DNA of 62,746 bases, the filler included, from Octopus bimaculoides (lineage: Eukaryota), in NCBI RefSeq assembly GCF_001194135.2. It is 5 parts of 4 records of this genome, joined end to end, with 100 filler letters (N's around TTAATTAATTAA, not from the genome) between each part and the next. Parts side by side here need not be neighbours in the genome. Positions count along the whole stretch, not along the records: positions 1 to 17,223 come from NC_068984.1; 4 more parts are not named here. The stretch is one strand, 5' to 3'. Numbering within the stretch: position 1 is the stretch's first letter; each line of letters begins with the position of its first letter. Shown piece after piece: positions 1 through 12,869 of this stretch. The notes beneath the pieces were generated by a model. That model was not told where the DNA came from. It worked only from the letters and a program-made list of their open reading frames with translations, and did not search any database. The position numbers and the translations under genes are program-made.

Positions 1-80
1 GGGAAGGAGGAGGAGAAGGGAAGGAGGAGGAGAAGGGAAGGAGGAGGAGAAGGGAAGGAGGAGGAGGGGAAGGAGGAGGA
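1..80. repeat. Purine-rich 17-bp minisatellite (GGGAAGGAGGAGGAGAA)n
   Basis: About 4.5 tandem units read directly from the sequence. Confidence 0.85.
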
Positions 81-312
81 CTTAGGGGGACGGGGATTAT
101 ACCATGCATTGAAACCCATTACTGACACTTCGCTGATTCGCTGAATGTATGGATATTTTATTCTCCACACTGCTTCAATCGAGTTTATTTGATCTGTCAG
201 GGATGGGTACCAGAATTATCCGGGATTATTTGCAGTAAAGTACACTGGTGTTGTATCCATTTATTCCAGCATCCGCTTTTAGCAATAAAACCGGTCTTTA
301 AGAAGGTACGCT

Positions 313-319
313 GCATCAT

Positions 320-379
<60 letters not shown>
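313..379. repeat. (ATC)n microsatellite
   Basis: Near-perfect trinucleotide array. It explains the poly-I, poly-M and poly-D ORFs at 189-560. Confidence 0.95.
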
Positions 380-380
<1 letters not shown>

Positions 381-640
381 GACTGCATCTGAGGATTTTA
401 GTTTAATAAATTTCTCCGTGAAGCTATTTAAGCCCAAATTTTCATCCAACGATCCATTATTCGCGTGACGTACGTGACAGTCAGGAGAGAATTTATGGAA
501 TATCGCTGCCGTAAAACTTGGACATTTATTAAAAGAAATGGATTGATTCATTTTTCGCAATAAAGTTTTAACTATTCAGGCAAGATTGAAACAATTTTTT
601 TTTTTTTTTTAACCTGGAATGTCTGTTGAATTTTCTGTAG

Positions 641-800
641 AGAGACATGGCTGTGTGGTACGAAGTTTCCTTCCCAACCACATGGTTCCGAGTTCATTCC
701 TACTACGTGGAACCTTGGGCACGTGTCTTCTACTATAGCCTAGAGCCAACCAAAGCCTTGTGAGTGGATTTGATAGACAGAAACTAAAAGAAGCACGGTG

Positions 801-833
<33 letters not shown>

Positions 834-1046
834 TTTGTGTCTGTGTTTGTCTTCCACCACCGCTTTACAACCGGTGTTGATGTGTTTACGTCCCCATAAA
901 TTAGCAGTTCGGCAAAAGAGATCGATAGAATAAGAACCAGGCTTAACAAAAAATTAAGTACTTGGCTCCATTCATTCGACTAAAAATTCTTCAAAGGGTT
1001 GCCCCAGCTTGGCCGCAGCCTAATGGCTAAAACAAGTAAAACGTAA
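641..1046 (+). mobile_element. tRNA-derived SINE, family C (internal TG microsatellite), near full length
   Basis: A-box-like TGGCTGTGTGG and B-box-like GAGTTCATTCC, then CTTGGGCA..GTCTTCTACTATAGCC, an internal (TG)n and an AAACAAGTAAAA tail. Homologous copies lie at 43155-44010, 48245-48890 and 58460-58760. Confidence 0.75.
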
Positions 1047-1619
1047 AAAAAAAAAGATCTAAAAAATGTGACATACATGACATCGAAAAAAGTAACATTT
1101 TTTTGCTTTTAAAAATTAACTACTAATTCCTCTGAATTTCTTCAGAGAACCATAAAAAAAAAGACTCATAGCGCTTATTTACATTGGACCTTGAAATGGC
1201 AAAAAATGTTAAATGAAATCGCCGCGATCACAGTTAACATTTATCTAATGTGACGTAGGTAACTGAAATGGCCATGACGTAAGTGACAAAAGTAAAGACA
1301 ACACTGTAGAGCTAGAAGAAATTATTCCAATAAGGATATCTGATCGAAAACGAACCATTTCAAAATATCTTTGTGGGTTTTTAGTACTGTTTATTTATTT
1401 ATTTTCCTGCGCATTCTAAACAATTTTTGAAAATCTGTGTTTGGTTTAACTTTCATGAGAATGGCCTAAGTACCAATTCACTTTTGAAGGTCGCTCTTCA
1501 TCTTTATAGAAATCTTAACAGACTGATATTTCAATAATCAATTTAAAGCCAGCAACAGTTACTTCCCTTACATTGTAAAAAAATCACTCGAGTTTTTCTT
1601 TCTTTCTTTCTGTTCCCGT

Positions 1620-1658
<39 letters not shown>

Positions 1659-2012
1659 TCACTTGGAAATTCGTTTTAATTGATATCCAGATTTTAGATT
1701 GATCTGTTACATAAGGAGTATGATTTCAGTAGTTGGTGGACTTGAAAAATTTGATTAGGATATGTTCATGCCATCCTAATGCGTATAACTGATTCAAAGA
1801 ATCTTAAAACCGATAAATCGGTTCATCAGAAGTTGATCGCTACTGGGGTGGGTGGGGTGGATTGGGGGTTCTCTCCTTTACTTCAGTAATTTAGACTAGG
1901 ACCATACCGGGAGCCCCCTGCCTTCCTTCCTTTCTTCCTTCCCTTTTTTTAAAAAGCCAGTTGTATAGAGGGAGATAACTCTGTCAAATATGAATAGCAC
2001 CAATTATTCTTG

Positions 2013-2085
2013 CATACATACATACATACATACATACATACATACATACATACATACATACATACATACATACATACATACATAC
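2013..2085. repeat. (TACA)n microsatellite
   Basis: Perfect tetranucleotide array. Confidence 0.95.
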
Positions 2086-3452
2086 GTGATCCTATATGTA
2101 CATATGTGAATGTGTGTGTGTGTATTTCGTTCGACGTTCTAGCAATTCCACCAGTCTATTATTTTTGGCTGATACAATTTATCGACCCCAAAAGGATGAA
2201 CAGTAAAGTTGATCCTGATGCAATTTCATCTCAAAGCACTGAGAGCCGAAACAGATACCGCCAAGTACGTCTTCTGATACTCTAACAATTCTACAAGCCT
2301 ATCACAATGAACTAGTACTTTAGCAGCGATAGTAATGTAAATTTAACGGATGATTTCTTAATTTGCTGTGCCGTTCAAAAGACGTATCTTACAGAGGGAA
2401 TTAGATGTTCAAGCTGTCCCTCCATCTTTAAGATATCCTCGAAATACTCTTTATACACCCGAAGTCTTCAGTTATGATCCAACGGGTCAATGAGTTATGG
2501 GATTCACCACCATCTCTAATATATGCCACTGATGTTTGTATGTTCCTGAGAAACACAAATTGAGTCTGCTTTTTCCATTCTTAATGAATATCTATTTCTT
2601 CATTATGTTTAAATTCATCTACAATGGAATGCTATAATTGATGAAATTAACTTAGCTAGTGTGAAAATCGATTAGGTAGGATATTGGTTAGTTGACACTC
2701 CGAGATTTGAACTTTGAATATAATTAGTTCAATAATCCCCCAAAATTTCAAGCTTTGTGCCAATAGTAGTAAGGATGTTGAGTAAAACAAAGCGGGGTAA
2801 ACTGAGAATTAATTTCAGTCTGGATTCAACAGACAATTTTATTCTAAATTTGTAGATATCGGGGCTTTTTTTTTTTTTTTTTTTTTTTTGCTTAGTTAGA
2901 GGGTAAGTGCAGAGTCATCGCACTTTTCAGGTCGCTAAGACTAGTCTGAAGAAGGATGTAAGATAACGTCAAACTGCACACCGCTGAAGGCACCAAAGGT
3001 TCATGAATTGGTATAAAATCTTAAGACAAGCACCAAATATCAAATATTTTTGCAATAGGAAATGAGATGATATGACATTCATGCTCTTTCCAAGCCTATT
3101 AGCAATACAAGTGATAGGTAATGGCCACAACTGGGAATCGAAATTCGGATTACCAGGAAATACTTCCTATATTTTTATATTCACTTACCGTGGCATAAAT
3201 GTAAGTAGAGTCGATAGCATCAAATCAAGTATTGATTTTATCGAACCAGAAGGGTGAAAGGGTGAATCAGCATTGGTGAGAAAATTGAACTTAAAACATA
3301 AAAGGTCGTAGCTAAATTCCATTCTAATGATTCTGCTAATCTTCTACGCCTGTAATAATTATTATTTCTTGTTATAGGTGGATGTGAAGTCAATTGGATC
3401 GAACTAGTGTGTTACTGGAACTTCATTTATCCAATATTAGATGAGACATGAA

Positions 3453-3653
3453 AGGCGGCGAACTGGCAGAAACGTTAGCACGTCGGACGAAATGCATAGC
3501 GGTATTTCGTCTGTCTTTATGTTCTGAGTTCGATTTTGCCTTTCATCCTTTCGGGTCGATAAATTAAATACCAGCTGCGTACTGAGGTCGATCCAATCAA
3601 CTGGCCTCCAACCAAAAAATTTCGGGCTTTGTGTCTAGAGTAGAAAAGATTGC
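3453..3653 (+). mobile_element. SINE family A with 12-bp target-site duplication
   Basis: AGGCGGCGAACTGGCAGAAACGTTAGCAC head and GCCTTTCATCCTTTCGGGTCGATAAA core. ATGAGACATGAA flanks it at 3441-3452 and 3654-3665. Confidence 0.85.
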
Positions 3654-4101
3654 ATGAGACATGAATTACGAAGCGGACAACGGCAGTTGCTGCTGCTGCT
3701 GCTGTTGCTGCATACCTAAGATCAAAGACGTACCTCTTGTGATTACCGTCTTTTTTTTTTTACTTTTTCAGCCAGTTATACTAGAACTACATAATCAAAT
3801 GTCTTCTCTTTTAAGATATCCGAATGGAGTATGAGGGATATTTTGCTGTTATGTCTACGTGGTCAAGTTTGTACGCAGCTTCAAAGTCAGGTTGTAGAAA
3901 GATAATTGTAAACACTGTAAGATATTTTAGTCCACCGCTCTCTTGTTTCTGCCAAACCACAATCTCACACTTCTACTAGCATACGAGTTAACTCCCTTAA
4001 TTTTTTAATTTTTTTTTTTAGTATTTCTTTACAGAGAATTGTTTTACTTTCAAATTACGGCAACAATCTCAATTTTACTTTATATATTCATGTGCATACT
4101 C

Positions 4102-4176
<75 letters not shown>

Positions 4177-6174
4177 GTGATCGTGTGGATGTTTATGGCT
4201 GTTCAGGACTACGTACACACCACGAGTGACGACTATGGTTTTATTTTTTTTCTCTTTTACACTTGTTCGTTTTTTTCTTTTATTTTATCGTTGAATTTTG
4301 TTTTTTCTCTAGGCTTTTAGATATTTGTCTTCTACCACACTGAATCAGATTATGTGGATTACCACTGTATTTGCGGTTTTAAATACTGTTCATAGAATAT
4401 TAGATTAACGTTTGGATTTTCATATAACACCATCAACTTATTTAACAACCAGTATCTCCCGTCCTTCCTTCCTTCCTTCCTATTCATTAACTGTGAGGCC
4501 GTTAGGGTGTTGATAACGTCGCAACCAGATTTCCCCACTTCTCCCGGTCTTCGGCTACCCTCTGTGACTTGATGAAATTCAAGCCTGTCCACTCTGTGCG
4601 TTAACCCGATCGACCAATGTCTAATCGATAAATTTAGATTTGATATTAATTTGAGCAATCTTGGAGAAACAAAACATCGAGTTTACAAGCACTATATTTG
4701 GATATAGAAGTTATATAATGATTGGTATTAACTCGATTCTTCATTTTCGACAGACAAAAGTTATGCTTACATTCGCTATATTTGCCCACAGAATTTTATA
4801 ATTCATATTGAATTGGACAAACTATGTAAGAACAAGAATCTACATTCAATGTAATGGAATACAGAATTATGCAAAGACGAATATTAACGTGAGCTATCAT
4901 AAAGGGCTAAAAGGCCAAGTCAAGTCTTTATATATTGTATTTCAATACAGTGTTATATAATAATCGATTACTATACAGCAAAATTTTGAAGGAACAAAAG
5001 CCAAGTCTTCGTTCATTATATTTTATTATAGAATAATATAATAACTAATAATTTGAGCAATCTTGCAGAGCCAAAAGGTCAAGCCAAGTCTAGATTCATG
5101 GTATTTGGATGCGGAAATATATATATATAAATGTTATTGTTTTGCCCTTGGTTAGCTCTGATCGGAGAGACTGATGATTGACAATATTCCAGTAGTGACT
5201 ATCTCGTATTTTCCCCCCGTAACAACTATTTTATAACTACGCTATCCTATGTTTCCCTTTCTTTTGAGAGAGTATAGGTGTGATTTAACAGGAGTTTCAC
5301 TGCCATTTCAAACAAGTTGAAAGTTGAAAGATTTCAATGTTTGCTCTGAGACATAGCTGATTGATTCGATATAATGCCAAGATGTCAGTCGGTGTGTCGA
5401 CAAATAATGTCCAGCCAGTGTTATATCCATGACCTACAAACTTAACATTTTCACAGGTAAGTATATAGTGAGCTTCCAAAATAACGGCCAATTCGTGAAT
5501 TTGGGATACCGTTATAGCGAATATCTCATTGTTTAGGAAGTTAGTTTTAATGTGATTATATAGAGAGTACAGTAAAGAAGAAACAGAGATTCAATATAAT
5601 AAATACAACTTTATTACCTTCTTGTGGACACACTTAAAAAATTATCTTCCCATGTTGAAATGTCTTAAAAAGAAACATGATTAAGATAACGTGGTATTGT
5701 AGTTCCAACCTGTAACCCAATGGATATCGGAACGAGATGTAAACAAGTTCCATCGTAAACATCATTTGTTGTCGTCGTTGTTGTTGTTGTTACTGTTGCT
5801 GTTGTTTCTTCTTCTTCTTCTTCTTCTTCTTCTTCTTCTTCTTCTTCTTCTTCTTCTTCTTCTTCTTCTTCTTCTTCTTCTTCTTCTTCNNNNNNNNNNN
5901 NNNNNNNNNNNNNNNNNNNNNNNNNNNNNNNNNNNNNNNNNNNNNNNNNNNNNNNNNNNNNNNNNNNNNNNNNNNNNNNNNNNNNNNNNNNNNNNNNNNN
6001 NNNNNNNNNNNNNNNNNNNNNNNNNNNNNNNNNNNNNNNNNNNNNNNNNNNNNNNNNNNNNNNNNNNNNNNNNNNNNNNNNNNNNNNNNNNNNNNNNNNN
6101 NNNNNNNNNNNNNNNNNNNNNNNNNNNNNNNNNNNNNNNNNNNNNNNNNNNNNNNNNNNNNNNNNNNNNNNNNN

Positions 6175-6232
<58 letters not shown>

Positions 6233-6656
6233 ACATACACACATACACGCATACACATACGCATACACACACGATGGTCCTAATCAGAATTAACATATTT
6301 GTCTTCTTCCCAAGCCATACCAATTTAACCGGACTCAGGAAGTACACTATAATTATCACCAACACAGTTAAGCTCCAGAACAAAAGAATAGGCTACAACT
6401 AGAGAAAATGGTGTTATTTGGAATATCTTTAACAATGAGCCTACTCAATCGGGACTGACTTGGGATTAAACAACAAATACTAGCATCAATAGACTGCTGT
6501 CTTCTATTTTAATCAAGTTACACATTTCCAGGATAGATAAAGTTTTAGGAGTTATCTCCCTTAGACTAGTTCACTTTTTATCCCCCTTAGATTGAGTTAA
6601 ATTTGCTATATTCGTTTTCAATGAATCCTTATAATTGCGAAAAGAGATACTCGTTA

Positions 6657-6704
<48 letters not shown>

Positions 6705-7154
6705 ACTCTCTCTCATTCTCTCTTTCTCTGTGTGTGTGTGTGTGTTTCTGATTTGATTTTAAGTAACACCCGCTTGACGACTGATGTTTATTGCCACCGT
6801 AAATTAACGGTTCAGCAGAATGGGGTACGATAGAATATGGGCTTCAAAAAAAAGAAATCAGAACCGGGTGAGATTTGATCTACTAAAACCCTTCAAAGCT
6901 ATGCTCCAGTATGATCACAATCCAATGAATTAGACCAGTGTGAGTGCACGTGCGCGCGCGAGTGTGTCTGTGTGTACACGTGCGCGTGCGTGTGTGTCTG
7001 CGTGTGCGCGCGCTTGTATAAGAATTGTACATGCTTACTAAATGACCTGATCTGAGATCGTGTGTTGAAATCGAAAGAAAACAAGTGAAGATTCATAACA
7101 CCTTAATAGCTATCTGAAAGACATGCACATTGTTATATTCATTTCTGTTTTATT

Positions 7155-7229
<75 letters not shown>

Positions 7230-7399
7230 CGTATAAAGGTTTGATTTGAAGGAGATTTCCAGCAGATCGAGCGATGCGTTACAGATCCATGGAAGTCGTA
7301 GATTCTATTCAATAACCACGAAAGAAAAGTATGATTGTGGTTGGGATTTTTTTTTTTTTTTATATTAAATGATTAAATGTAATATGTTGACCCACATAT

Positions 7400-8520
7400 G
7401 ATAAGGCAAATTGTATGGCGAGAGTGCTTAAATGATTGGAAAGCTCATTTAGTGAGAGAGTCTAAATCAGGGTTTCTCAACCAGGGTCCATATGGACCAC
7501 AGAGGTCCACAGATGCAATATAGTAAATTGGTGGTCCACGGTAATTTTTCAGGGGCCATGAAAAAATTGTACTTCAGACCAGTAACGTTTATGTGCAATA
7601 AACTGGTTATACTTCTACAATACACAAAATATCTTAATTTTTTTTTTATATACAGATCCTAATGATATTTAATTATAAAAATACAAGATGTTTTTAAACA
7701 TCGAATACCTACTGGGCCCACTTAAGTAAAATAGGAATCAAAGAGGTTCATAGATAGAAAAAAATGTTTGAGAACCCCTGGTCTAGATGATAAGAGGGCC
7801 TATAATGTGCAATAGTGTTACTGGTGATACAGTCTAAATTATAAGACGGCTCATTTGGAAAGACGGTCAAATAGTGAGGCCATGCAAATCAAGAACAGGT
7901 TCATGTAGGGAGATGACCCTATTGGTGAAACGGTCCATCTATAGTAAGGAGGGGCAATGAGGTGAAAGGTCTCATTTGATAAGATGGTCTAAGTGATGAC
8001 ACAGTTCATGGGGAGAAACGGTCTAAAGGATGAGAAATCTCATTTAGTGAGATGGTCTATGTGGTTATACATCCGGTTTAAGAAAGAAGATAATCCATAT
8101 GGCGAGATGGCTGATTTAGTAGAACAATCTAGTAAACCAGTCTAAATCGTGAAGTGATCCACAGTGAGTGTCTTTTAGACAGTCTAAATCTCAACAGGAG
8201 CCCATATAATATTTTGTTGTTAAAATTTACATGCAATAAGTTGCGGAGAGGCAAATTCAATGGTAAAACTGTCTATATGTTGAGGTCTATATTGTATATG
8301 GTAATCAGTTTTTAATGGTGAAAATATCTATGTAGTGAAACCGTCTACATGTTAAAACAGTCCATGCTGTGAGATGATAGACGCAGTGAAACATATAGGT
8401 GATATGGTCCAAATGGTGACAAAGTATATATGATGGAACAGTCCATATTGTAAGACAGTCTAAATGCTATGGTGGTCTATATGAAGAGACACAGCAACTT
8501 GTGAAATTATCTATATCATA
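7400..8520. repeat. Degenerate ~20-bp minisatellite field (GTGAGACGGTCTATAT-like)
   Basis: GGTCT/GGTCC/CAGTCT plus GTGA motifs recur at short spacing. The field is interrupted by the hAT MITE. Confidence 0.55.
7468..7780. mobile_element. hAT-type MITE (non-autonomous)
   Basis: TIRs CAGGGTTTCTCAA...TTGAGAACCCCTG. 8-bp TSD GTCTAAAT (7460-7467) / GTCTAGAT (7781-7788), matching the NTCTAGAN target preference of Buster/Charlie hATs. Confidence 0.85.
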
Positions 8521-9473
8521 AAACGACCGAAATGAACATTATGTGATAAATTTTTATTATCGACATTTTTCTGTTTTAAAACATTGTATCTTGATTGATT
8601 TATATGAGGCAGCCGAAACCTTTCGCGTGTCATTTTGGGTGGTCGCCTCGCATTCAGAACCCCTACTACAAAATATAGTGATATAGGTATGGAAATGACT
8701 CCAACAGGGCCATTGATTCATCTGTAAAAAANNNNNNNNNNNNNNNNNNNNNNNNNNNNNNNNNNNNNNNNNNNNNNNNNNNNNNNNNNNNNNNNNNNNN
8801 NNNNNNNNNNNNNNNNNNNNNNNNNNNNNNNNNNNNNNNNNNNNNNNNNNNNNNNNNNNNNNNNNNNNNNNNNNNNNNNNNNNNNNNNNNNNNNNNNNNN
8901 NNNNNNNNNNNNNNNNNNNNNNNNNNNNNNNNNNNNNNNNNNNNNNNNNNNNNNNNNNNNNNNNNNNNNNNNNNNNNNNNNNNNNNNNNNNNNNNNNNNN
9001 NNNNNNNNNNNNNNNNNNNNNNNNNNNNNNNNNNNNNNNNNNNNNNNNNNNNNNNNNNNNNNNNNNNNNNNNNNNNNNNNNNNNNNNNNNNNNNNNNNNN
9101 NNNNNNNNNNNNNNNNNNNNNNNNNNNNNNNNNNNNNNNNNNNNNNNNNNNNNNNNNNNNNNNNNNNNNNNNNNNNNNNNNNNNNNNNNNNNNNNNNNNN
9201 NNNNNNNNNNNNNNNNNNNNNNNNNNNNNNNNNNNNNNNNNNNNNNNNNNNNNNNNNNNNNNNNNNNNNNNNNNNNNNNNNNNNNNNNNNNNNNNNNNNN
9301 NNNNNNNNNNNNNNNNNNNNNNNNNNNNNNNNNNNNNNNNNNNNNNNNNNNNNNNNNNNNNNNNNNNNNNNNNNNNNNNNNNNNNNNNNNNNNNNNNNNN
9401 NNNNNNNNNNNNNNNNNNNNNNNNNNNNNNNNNNNNNNNNNNNNNNNNNNNNNNNNNNNNNNNATATATATAT

Positions 9474-9700
9474 CCACGTGTGTTTTATTTTGGCTCTCTC
9501 TTCTTTTCGTATCACTTTTCCTCCTGTCTTTCTCCTCTTTCCGGGACTTTCCGAAGAACCATATCCGAAACGTTACACTTTTACGCTATAAATTTTACTT
9601 TACAACTTATTTCCTTGTGAGCGTCAACCTAATAATCATGTGAACATCTTTTGGGCTTTATTTATTTGTTCTTTTATTTCACTTTGTCATTTGTCATTGA
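9474..9700 (+). mobile_element. Probable Penelope-type terminal-repeat fragment
   Basis: Pyrimidine run, GAAGA...GAAACGTTA and GAGCGTCAACCTAATA occur in the same order as in the 48511-48705 element. It abuts (TA)n. Confidence 0.4.
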
Positions 9701-12324
9701 ATTGAGACGTGTGTGTGAGTGTCACTGGAAGTGTAAAAGTCTGCAAAACTTTCTAGAAGTTTATCATTTAAGTGTATATGAGCATGTCTAGATATTCAAG
9801 TACATACATAAGAAGACATACATAAAACGAAATATACAAATCTGCACGTATACATACATACATACATACATACATACATACATACATACATACATACATA
9901 CATACATACATACATACATACATACCCTGTTGATATCGTTGAAATTTCATTGAAGGAGTTTTGGATCTAGGTTAGAAATCGGCTCTTTCTCTATTGATAA
10001 GAAATCATGAAATAAAACTGAATAATGACATACATACTTACGTGCGTACGTACGTGTNNNNNNNNNNNNNNNNNNNNNNNNNNNNNNNNNNNNNNNNNNN
10101 NNNNNNNNNNNNNNNNNNNNNNNNNNNNNNNNNNNNNNNNNNNNNNNNNNNNNNNNNNNNNNNNNNNNNNNNNNNNNNNNNNNNNNNNNNNNNNNNNNNN
10201 NNNNNNNNNNNNNNNNNNNNNNNNNNNNNNNNNNNNNNNNNNNNNNNNNNNNNNNNNNNNNNNNNNNNNNNNNNNNNNNNNNNNNNNNNNNNNNNNNNNN
10301 NNNNNNNNNNNNNNNNNNNNNNNNNNNNNNNNNNNNNNNNNNNNNNNNNNNNNNNNNNNNNNNNNNNNNNNNNNNNNNNNNNNNNNNNNNNNNNNNNNNN
10401 NNNNNNNNNNNNNNNNNNNNNNNNNNNNNNNNNNNNNNNNNNNNNNNNNNNNNNNNNNNNNNNNNNNNNNNNNNNNNNNNNNNNNNNNNNNNNNNNNNNN
10501 NNNNNNNNNNNNNNNNNNNNNNNNNNNNNNNNNNNNNNNNNNNNNNNNNNNNNNNNNNNNNNNNNNNNNNNNNNNNNNNNNNNNNNNNNNNNNNNNNNNN
10601 NNNNNNNNNNNNNNNNNNNNNNNNNNNNNNNNNNNNNNNNNNNNNNNNNNNNNNNNNNNNNNNNNNNNNNNNNNNNNNNNNNNNNNNNNNNNNNNNNNNN
10701 NNNNNNNNNNNNNNNNNNNNNNNNNNNNNNNNNNNNNNNNNNNNNNNNNNNNNNNNNNNNNNNNNNNNNNNNNNNNNNNTGTTAGTGGATGAGAAAAGGA
10801 AGTAGATGATGCTAGCACAAGTGGTGAACACGAGCTTGAGATTTGATCTGGTTTTTTGCATCAATGGTAGTACATCGTACAGTCGTCATGGGCTCAGCTA
10901 CTTCGAGTGAGACGAAGATAGAGAAAATGAAAGAAAGGAAGTGGGGTATGCAGAGTTGATGGAAGACTGCAAGGAAAACTGATGAAGGACAAAAACTATG
11001 GACAGTGGAGGATAGCTGTAGGGTTTTGCAGAGCTTTGGAATGCTTTGTAGGGCTTTGCAGAGTTTTGTAGGGTTTTACAGGGCATTGCTATGGCTTTGC
11101 AGGTCTCGCTATTAGGAAGTGGCTTGACGCTTTAAATGTGGTTGAACTGAGTGTGGAAGGTTTGTTGCGATGGATTTATTAGATAGCAGCGGTAGGTTTA
11201 TGTCTGATAATGCAGAAGTTGGCTAACAACAACGGAGAAGGTACTGAGTAGGATATCCCAGTGCAGCACCGGACAGCCAGATGGATATGTACGCTACATA
11301 AATATCCAAGACTCGATGAAGTCTGGTATACTGCTGCTGATCCTCCCATGTTGGAACTTTGCCATTGATTTATACTGTTTTTAGTTATTCATAAAAAACA
11401 ACTCAGAGATGAAACGGGAATACTTTTTATTTAACAGACAAGAAACGCACGTATATCACTGCTAAAACGGTGTAGGTTGATGCTGTTGTTAAGTCCTAGG
11501 TCAATCCTCAGCAACCATACCTATAATTACATGTGTTCCTGCTTTGACTTCATCGTATTTTTAGGCGTATTTAGTTCTACATTATATTGTGTCCTTCCTT
11601 TTGAAGATTGTAGTGCTAAATCTGATGGAATTTTGTTTGCTATTTCTGTAGTTGTTCCCTTATTGGGTCGGTGACAGCAGACTTGCAAGAGAGAGCGAGA
11701 GAGAGGGGGGGAAGAAAGAAGAATAGTGGGAGAACGATATGGGAGATGGAAGAGTGAGCTTAGGAAGACAAGTGGATAAGAACAAACATAGTGAGATTNN
11801 NNNNNNNNNNNNNNNNNNNNNNNNNNNNNNNNNNNNNNNNNNNNNNNNNNNNNNNNNNNNNNNNNNNNNNNNNNNNNNNNNNNNNNNNNNNNNNNNNNNN
11901 NNNNNNNNNNNNNNNNNNNNNNNNNNNNNNNNNNNNNNNNNNNNNNNNNNNNNNNNNNNNNNNNNNNNNNNNNNNNNNNNNNNNNNNNNNNNNNNNNNNN
12001 NNNNNNNNNNNNNNNNNNNNNNNNNNNNNNNNNNNNNNNNNNNNNNNNNNNNNNNNNNNNNNNNNNNNNNNNNNNNNNNNNNNNNNNNNNNNNNNNNNNN
12101 NNNNNNNNNNNNNNNNNNNNNNNNNNNNNNNNNNNNNNNNNNNNNNNNNNNNNNNNNNNNNNNNNNNNNNNNNNNNNNNNNNNNNNNNNNNNNNNNNNNN
12201 NNNNNNNNNNNNNNNNNNNNNNNNNNNNNNNNNNNNNNNNNNNNNNNNNNNNNNNNNNNNNNNNNNNNNNNNNNNNNNNNNNNNNNNNNNNNNNNNNNNN
12301 NNNNNNNNNNNNNNNNNNNNNNNN

Positions 12325-12403
<79 letters not shown>

Positions 12404-12640
12404 CAGACTGAGAGAAGGTAGGAGTCAAAAATGCTGAAAGTGGAGCAAGAAAATAAAATCAATATTTAACCTAAATACATAATAAAAACCATCAAAGGCC
12501 GCAATGTTCTGGTGATACCGGGGAAATACCTGAATTGTATGGCTTCTGACTCTGCTGATGCTGCTGTTGTAATTGCAGATAACATCTGCTGCTGCTGCTG
12601 CTGCTATGTAGTGTTGTTGTAATTACACTTGCTGTACAGG

Positions 12641-12830
12641 ACGGTGGACTGGCAGAATCTTTAAAGTGTCGGAAAAATACCTTATAATATTACTTTTTGG
12701 CACTTTAACGTTCTGAGTTCGAATCCCGCCGATATCAACTTTACCTTTTCGTCCTTCCGCGGTCGATAAAATAAAGGGCTCTATTTAATCGGTTAGCCCC
12801 TTCCCACCAAATTCGTGTCTTATACCTGAA
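12641..12830 (+). mobile_element. SINE family A, diverged copy
   Basis: ACTGGCAGAATC head, GTTCTGAGTTCGAATCCC B box, GGTCGATAAAAT core. Confidence 0.65.
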
Positions 12831-12869
12831 TTTGGTGAGGAAATGCTTATTAGAGATAGTTATTACTGC

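Noticed and set aside
2944-2975. CTGAAGAAGG hammerhead-like first box
   Set aside because: No paired stem II and no GAAA box follow.
5429-5462. ATG...ACAG|GTAAGT possible first coding exon (MTYKLNIFT) and the opposite-strand 64-aa ORF
   Set aside because: A single consensus donor with no recognisable protein and no partner exon is expected by chance in 60 kb.
10800-10850. CA-AG-TGGTGAACACG resembling an LTR end plus primer-binding site
   Set aside because: No second LTR and no gag similarity downstream; the upstream sequence is lost in a gap.
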